DNA of 64,000 nucleotides from assembly GCA_018238155.1 (NCBI GenBank), contig JABCTZ010000026.1, positions 1-64,000 on the forward strand, given 5' to 3'. The notes under the pieces are model-generated. The model was given only the letters and a program-made list of their open reading frames with translations. It was not told where the DNA came from and ran no database searches. Both the position numbers and the translations under genes were made by a program. The DNA comes from Candidatus Heimdallarchaeota archaeon (GTDB lineage Archaea; Asgardarchaeota; Heimdallarchaeia; JABLTI01). The number at the start of each line of letters is the position of its first letter. Position 1 is the first letter of the stretch. Shown here one piece after another: positions 58,617 to 64,000 of this stretch.

Positions 58617-58821
58617 TTCAATAATAAACGATATTCTATGGAATTAACTTATGATAGTTAAAGAAATGCTACTTTTTAAATTTACTCGAATACTTCCTAG
58701 ATTATAGATATTACTACATAATAAATGAGTTAATATCATCAATAGACTCAAAATAAAGGCTTTAAGCAATTGAATGGTAACTTTTATGTTTGCTATTAAT
58801 AAGAAAATCAAAGTGTCAAAG

Positions 58822-59667
58822 ATGGTTCAGCAGAAAAAAATACTCGTTGTGATACCCGCACGAAATGAAGAGAAATTTATTAGGAAAACAGTAGAAGTGC
58901 TTGGTGAACAAAACCCTAAGCCAGCAAAAGTAATTATTATAGACGATGGTTCAACAGATAAAACTAGTCAAATAGCAAAAAAAGCTGCTGAAAAAGCAAA
59001 ATTAAATTTTGAAATTATTACCAGAAAAGATAGAGGATTTTCTGCTTTGGGTCAAGCAACACTAGCAAGAATATATAATGAAACGTTTAGATCTGTTAAC
59101 TTGTCAAAATATGATTTTTTGGTCATAAATGGTGCTGATGCATTATTAACCAACGATTATTTTGAGAAACTATTAACAAAGTTCAATGATAATCCTGACT
59201 TAGTTATTGCGAGTGGTTATTGTCCAGGAGAAAAAATCAACAAAGGACATGCTCATGGCATTGGTAGATTCTATCGGATGGATTTTTTTATAAAAACTTG
59301 CAAAGGCAGATTTGAAATTAGTAATGCATGGGAATCAATTCCAATATTTTTAGCAAATGTTAATGGTAAAATTGTTAAAAGTTACCAAGAACCAATATTA
59401 TATCACTTACGACCAAGATTTGCTAGAGCAGCAGATCGAATTTATATCTTGCGTGGAGCAGCTATGAAAGAAGTTGGTTATTGGACACCATATGCTATTG
59501 GTCGTTGTATGCTCGTGAGCAAAAAACACAAAAGAATTAAGGTTGGAATTTTGATGCTCGTTGGTTTTTATAGAGCAAGAACGAGCAAGCGTTTAGAGAA
59601 ATTAGCAAAAGAATATCGAAAGTATCAAATAAATTTTGTAACAAAATCCTTATTGACAAAATTATGA
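58822..59667 (+). CDS. Glycosyltransferase family 2
   Basis: VVIPARNEE, IIIDDGSTD. Confidence 0.85.
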   Translation: MVQQKKILVVIPARNEEKFIRKTVEVLGEQNPKPAKVIIIDDGSTDKTSQIAKKAAEKAKLNFEIITRKDRGFSALGQATLARIYNETFRSVNLSKYDFLVINGADALLTNDYFEKLLTKFNDNPDLVIASGYCPGEKINKGHAHGIGRFYRMDFFIKTCKGRFEISNAWESIPIFLANVNGKIVKSYQEPILYHLRPRFARAADRIYILRGAAMKEVGYWTPYAIGRCMLVSKKHKRIKVGILMLVGFYRARTSKRLEKLAKEYRKYQINFVTKSLLTKL

Positions 59668-59761
59668 ATCCTAAAATGAAAAGGAGAAAGCTCTTTCAAT
59701 TTTTTTATTTCTCGAACAGAAGAATTTAAAATCCACTCAAGTTCAGTATGTATATTATCAA

Positions 59762-61102
59762 ATGGTGCGAGAAATCTTGACTAGCATTGATCTTCAATCT
59801 CTAATAAGTATTTTACATTTCGGAGGAGCTTTAATTGGACAACCTACGGTAATTCCTGCAAAAGTACCAAAAACAGAACCAATATTTACTTTTCCTTTTA
59901 GAGATGAGAAAATTGATTTCCACCCAGAAAAATCATATAATACTCTCTATGATATAACTAAGAATTTACTTTTTAAATATAGAGACAAGAAAATTGGTTT
60001 ACCTTTAAGTGGAGGAATAGATTCAACGACTATTCTGTATTTAGTTCAAGATATAAATAAAAAAGAAAATCTAAATATTACTGTTAAAGCGTATAACCAA
60101 GTATTTGATTTTAGAGATGAGTCAAAATATGCTCAACAAATTGCAGATCAAACTGAAACCGAATTAGAAGTCATTCATCAAACAACCAGTCAAAATTTAA
60201 AGGAATTTGATGAAATATTGAAAATTTTTCCAGAACCTATAATGGGAAATGCACATATGAATACTATATACAAGAAAATGAAAAAGGATGGAAATATTTC
60301 TGCAATAAGTGCATTGGGTGGGGATGAATGTTGGGGCGGATATCCTAGTCATAGAATTTTTCATGATAACCTCTTTTCAAAACACATCTATCAAGCTCAA
60401 GGAATTAGAACAAAATTACTTAGGGTATTGTTTACACCAATAAGTAAACAACAATTGTGGATAAGGTACAACTTAAGATTTAATCCTAAAAAACAATTTT
60501 TGAATCCGAGAAAATACCGAAAAGCAACGAAAAATATAGGGAACAATTTGATTAGTAATATTAGGAATTCACAGTATATTTGGTTTTATTACAATTATCT
60601 TGATGTTAGTTCAAAATTACCTAATAATGGCAGATTTAACTTGTGGGATGCAAATGAGCATTATACATTTACAAAATGCGAAAAACTATACAAACATCAG
60701 ATAAATGGTGTAGGAGTTCTTAATGGTCTAGAAATATTATTCCCATTTTTAGAACCAGATTACGTTAAATATTCACTTGCGATTGACAAGTCAAACAAAA
60801 TCAAAGATGGTATTTCGAAATGGGGGATGAGGCAAATGATGAGAAATAAGATTCCTGAAAACCTTCTAATGAGAGGAGCATATGGTGACAAGATGGGTTG
60901 GGGTGAATTGTACCAAGTTTTGTGGGAAAACGGATACAAAGAATTTTCTGAAGAATTGCTAACAAAAGAAAAAGTAGAGGAACTCGATATACTTAATTGG
61001 TCATTGATAAACAAAACATTGAGCAATCTCAATAAAAGGTTTAGAGGAGCTGAAGCAAGAACTCTAATTACAATGTCGTTATTCCAGAAAATACTAGAAT
61101 AA
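59762..61102 (+). CDS. Asparagine synthetase-like amidotransferase, synthetase domain only
   Basis: LSGGIDST, GGDECWGGY, FPFL, KWGMR. No N-terminal Ntn glutaminase domain. Confidence 0.78.
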   Translation: MVREILTSIDLQSLISILHFGGALIGQPTVIPAKVPKTEPIFTFPFRDEKIDFHPEKSYNTLYDITKNLLFKYRDKKIGLPLSGGIDSTTILYLVQDINKKENLNITVKAYNQVFDFRDESKYAQQIADQTETELEVIHQTTSQNLKEFDEILKIFPEPIMGNAHMNTIYKKMKKDGNISAISALGGDECWGGYPSHRIFHDNLFSKHIYQAQGIRTKLLRVLFTPISKQQLWIRYNLRFNPKKQFLNPRKYRKATKNIGNNLISNIRNSQYIWFYYNYLDVSSKLPNNGRFNLWDANEHYTFTKCEKLYKHQINGVGVLNGLEILFPFLEPDYVKYSLAIDKSNKIKDGISKWGMRQMMRNKIPENLLMRGAYGDKMGWGELYQVLWENGYKEFSEELLTKEKVEELDILNWSLINKTLSNLNKRFRGAEARTLITMSLFQKILE

Positions 61103-61186
61103 AAAAAGACTTGAATGAAACTAATGAAAAGTTGATCAAATCAAAAGAATAGAAATGATAAAAAATGATTTCCTAGGTGAGCAAAT

Positions 61187-62344
61187 TTGAAAAGAATTTT
61201 AATGTTTTCTCATAGTTATGTTCCAGATATTCGTATAGATAAAGAAGTAAAAGCTTTATTTGAAGAAGGTTACGAAATTTACTTTATATGTTCAGCAAAG
61301 GGAAAAGGACAAATATCGAAATATTATAAGAAAGTATTTTTTGTCCCTCTAACGCGTATGCAAAAGGCATTCATACCCTTTTCATTTCGCAAAGCGAAGA
61401 AAAAATACCAAGAGATAATTAGAGAAATCTCGCCAAACATATTGCATGCTCATGACCTCATGGCTGCAAATATTGCTTTAAAAGTAAAGCCCAAGAATAC
61501 TAAATTTATTTATGAAGATCATGAAGTTTGGGAGCTAATTAAAAAACTAGAATTGAAAGAAAAACAAAATATACTAAAAATACCATTACGAATATATCAA
61601 TTCTTGGCAGTAAAATATTTAACAAAAAGAATAATGAAAAAGGCAGATTTAAACATCGTAGTCCAAAGACATTGGATAGATTTCTATAAAAAACGTGGAA
61701 TTAAAGAGAATAAAATAATCTCTATCGAGAATTTTTCTTCCAGAGAGATGATAGAAGAAGCACTAAGTGAAGCAAAATTTATTGATGAGTTTATTCAAAA
61801 TGATCCTAGAAAGAAGCTAGTACACTCTTCAAGATCGAGCAAACCTTCTGATGATTATCTAAGAAATATCACTACATTTGCAGAAGCAGTAAATGAATTA
61901 GAAAACTGGGTTATGGTTATTTTTGGTCCTGTAGACGAAAAATTTGAAAAACTAGGGGTGAAATTTCTACCTCCAAGAAATGTTTTAGAATATTTAGCAA
62001 GTTGTTCGAAATGTGATGTAATGATTAATCCACTTGTAATCAATGAACGGATTCATTATTGCTCACCAAATAGATTATACGAAGCTACTGCTTTGGGTTT
62101 ACGTGTATTCTCACCAAAAGCACAAGCATTTTATGAGAATTTCGACGATATGCTAATTTGGTTTGATCCGAAAATAACCAAAAAAGAGATAGTGAAAATT
62201 CTTCAAAATATTGATGAATACCCTACTAAGAAGGAAATACAAGAGTATTCAAAGAAGCATCATAATTGGGATAATGAAGTAATCAAGCTAATTGAAAGCT
62301 ATAAAACGATTGAAATAGAAATAAAGAACTTTACTAGGAATTAA
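61187..62344 (+). CDS. Glycosyltransferase family 4
   Basis: PDIRIDKE..AL, HAHD, YEDHE, SPNRLYE, HNWD. Confidence 0.8.
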   Translation: MKRILMFSHSYVPDIRIDKEVKALFEEGYEIYFICSAKGKGQISKYYKKVFFVPLTRMQKAFIPFSFRKAKKKYQEIIREISPNILHAHDLMAANIALKVKPKNTKFIYEDHEVWELIKKLELKEKQNILKIPLRIYQFLAVKYLTKRIMKKADLNIVVQRHWIDFYKKRGIKENKIISIENFSSREMIEEALSEAKFIDEFIQNDPRKKLVHSSRSSKPSDDYLRNITTFAEAVNELENWVMVIFGPVDEKFEKLGVKFLPPRNVLEYLASCSKCDVMINPLVINERIHYCSPNRLYEATALGLRVFSPKAQAFYENFDDMLIWFDPKITKKEIVKILQNIDEYPTKKEIQEYSKKHHNWDNEVIKLIESYKTIEIEIKNFTRN

Positions 62345-62380
62345 AAGATTTAACAGAAACATCTTACTAAAAAAGGAATA

Positions 62381-62566
62381 ATGAGTAAAATATACTTTAA
62401 TCCCATTCATTTGAAAGAATTCTATACAAATAAATATGGATACAAGAAAGGAGATCTCCCACAAACGGAGGAGTTATCAGGCAAAGTATTAACTTTGCCA
62501 ATGTATCCTGATTCATCTAAAGATAATTTAGATTATATGATACAAAGTATAAAGGAAGTAATTTAA
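62381..62566 (+). pseudogene. DegT/DnrJ/EryC1/StrS aminotransferase C-terminal fragment
   Basis: IYFNPIHL...GDLPQTEELS..VLTLPMYP. The N-terminal ~300 aa are absent. Confidence 0.75.
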
Positions 62567-62632
62567 TTTTTGTCTCATAAACAAGTATTTTAGAGGATGA
62601 AAAAGATACTTGAAGAAAATGCTTAATTTCCG

Positions 62633-62959
62633 TCAATATTTCTTATCTATAATTTCAGTTATTAATTGAGCATTTCTTTCGGTTGCTTTACCATCAAAGC
62701 TAATAAATTTGTTGATCAATTTTTTTCTTTGTTCTTTCAAAAAATCTTGTAGCATCATTAACAAGACATCTAGTTAACAAATTGTATTTGAAAGTATGAG
62801 GATGAGAATAAATATCTTCAAAGAGGTCAACGAAATCTCTTCCTTTCAATTCAGTAGTTATTAGAAAAATCTTATGTCCTTTCTCTTTCAAGCTTCTTGT
62901 TTTTTTTCAATTCTAACATCAGGCATATGATTGTGAGTTAACATTAGAATATTTACCAT
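62633..62959 (-). pseudogene. Fused remnants: frameshifted GT4 N-terminus plus the C-terminal tail of a 62990-like gene
   Basis: ATG at 62959 gives MVNILMLTHNHMPDVRIEK, frameshift in the A8 run, then TRSLKEKGHKIFLIT. The last part reads FDGKATERNAQLITEI. Confidence 0.7.
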
Positions 62960-62989
62960 TAGTAATTACCTCTTCATTCTATGAATCCA

Positions 62990-64000
62990 TTACTTAGCTA
63001 TTTGAGTAATAATTCTCGCATATCTAGATGATGCTTTCCCATCAAATTTTATGAGATCTTTAATGAGTTTTTTCCGATTCATTGTGAGTTTTTTCTGAGC
63101 GGAATCATCATATAAAGATTGGTTTATAGCATTCACAAGTTCTTCTTTTGTTTCTACTTTTAGTACAGCTCCTGAATTCTTGAACAAGGTATTCTCTTCT
63201 TCATTGGGAGGAATGAATGTAATAACCGGTTTATCAAAAAACATTGCTTCTAAACCTGTAGTTGAGTGAACAGTAATAGCAACATCACATACATTTAGAA
63301 CGTCAAACAAAGGCAAATTTTTCTGAACAATTGCACTAGTTAAATTATATTTATCATTTATCAAATTAGCAATTTTCTGTTCATCCTCTCTGGGGTGAGG
63401 TTTCCAAATTAATTGTAAATCTGAAAAATTTTCTTTTAATGTTTCTGCTATATTCAAATTAAAATAGTCTCTATTTGCTATTACAGGTAATGCTTGACTT
63501 AATATAACCACTGTTTTCTTTTTAGAATTGAAACCTAGTTTCTCTAGAAAGTCATTTTTATTGAAGATTTCTTTTTTCAAAATAACATCCCATTGCGCAC
63601 TACCAACAATTTCAACGCGATTTTTTGGATAACCACCAAATTTAGTAATTAGTTCTTTAGTGTTATTTCCATGAACACAAGTAAGATCTGCAACATGATT
63701 GCATTTATCATCTACATCATGATTTTCCTCGTCACAGATCATATTGTTTGAAACAAAATATTCAGGAGAAGCGAAATTGATAAACCCATGTTGAATAGCT
63801 ATAGTAGGAATTCCTAGAGTTTTTGCTGAATAGATAAACGCTTTCCCATTAGCAGCATGTTCATTATGCAACACAATTACTTTTGGTTTGATTTCTTCAA
63901 GTAATTTCAGAAAAAGAGTATATTTCTCATAAGCATTACTCATTTCAGTTTTGAAAATCCTAAACAATTGAAATCTATTGACATCTAACAATGAAACTCC
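62990..64000 (-). CDS. GT-B fold surface-polysaccharide biosynthesis protein (CDP-glycerol transferase / sialyltransferase-like); 5' end outside the window
   Basis: AIQHG, WKPHPRE, HSTTGLEAM, FDGKAS. Confidence 0.7.
   Translation of the reverse strand, partial: GVSLLDVNRFQLFRIFKTEMSNAYEKYTLFLKLLEEIKPKVIVLHNEHAANGKAFIYSAKTLGIPTIAIQHGFINFASPEYFVSNNMICDEENHDVDDKCNHVADLTCVHGNNTKELITKFGGYPKNRVEIVGSAQWDVILKKEIFNKNDFLEKLGFNSKKKTVVILSQALPVIANRDYFNLNIAETLKENFSDLQLIWKPHPREDEQKIANLINDKYNLTSAIVQKNLPLFDVLNVCDVAITVHSTTGLEAMFFDKPVITFIPPNEEENTLFKNSGAVLKVETKEELVNAINQSLYDDSAQKKLTMNRKKLIKDLIKFDGKASSRYARIITQIAK

Overview
AT-rich (roughly 30% GC by eye) archaeal chromosomal segment, almost certainly from an Asgard archaeon and probably Heimdallarchaeia-like. 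The evidence is GatD/GatE, intron-containing archaeal tRNAs and a class III pilin, together with eukaryotic-signature proteins (Arf-family GTPase, divergent actin, longin/uDENN-like domains, RING fingers, LRR and TPR proteins). Highlights: (1) a chimeric glutaminyl-tRNA synthetase (archaeal GluRS-type N-terminal domain on a bacterial-type GlnRS core) directly upstream of tRNA-Gln(UUG), in a genome that also keeps gatE-gatD; (2) a tightly coupled three-gene operon of a longin/uDENN-like protein, an Arf-like GTPase and a 7-TM protein, a candidate receptor-GEF-GTPase signalling module; (3) two more longin-like proteins, one fused to a possible pseudo-GTPase and one to a gelsolin-like domain; (4) a tRNA-His with eukaryote-like A73, no encoded G-1 and a D-loop intron; (5) an ABC operon in which both ATPases have Gln in place of the catalytic Glu; (6) a membrane RING-ligase-like operon; (7) a T4 Rnl1-like RNA ligase between duplicated racemase segments; (8) a glycosylation locus with deletion scars at the right end. 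No CRISPR array, rRNA or transposase was seen. All family calls come from motif recognition by eye, with no database searches.
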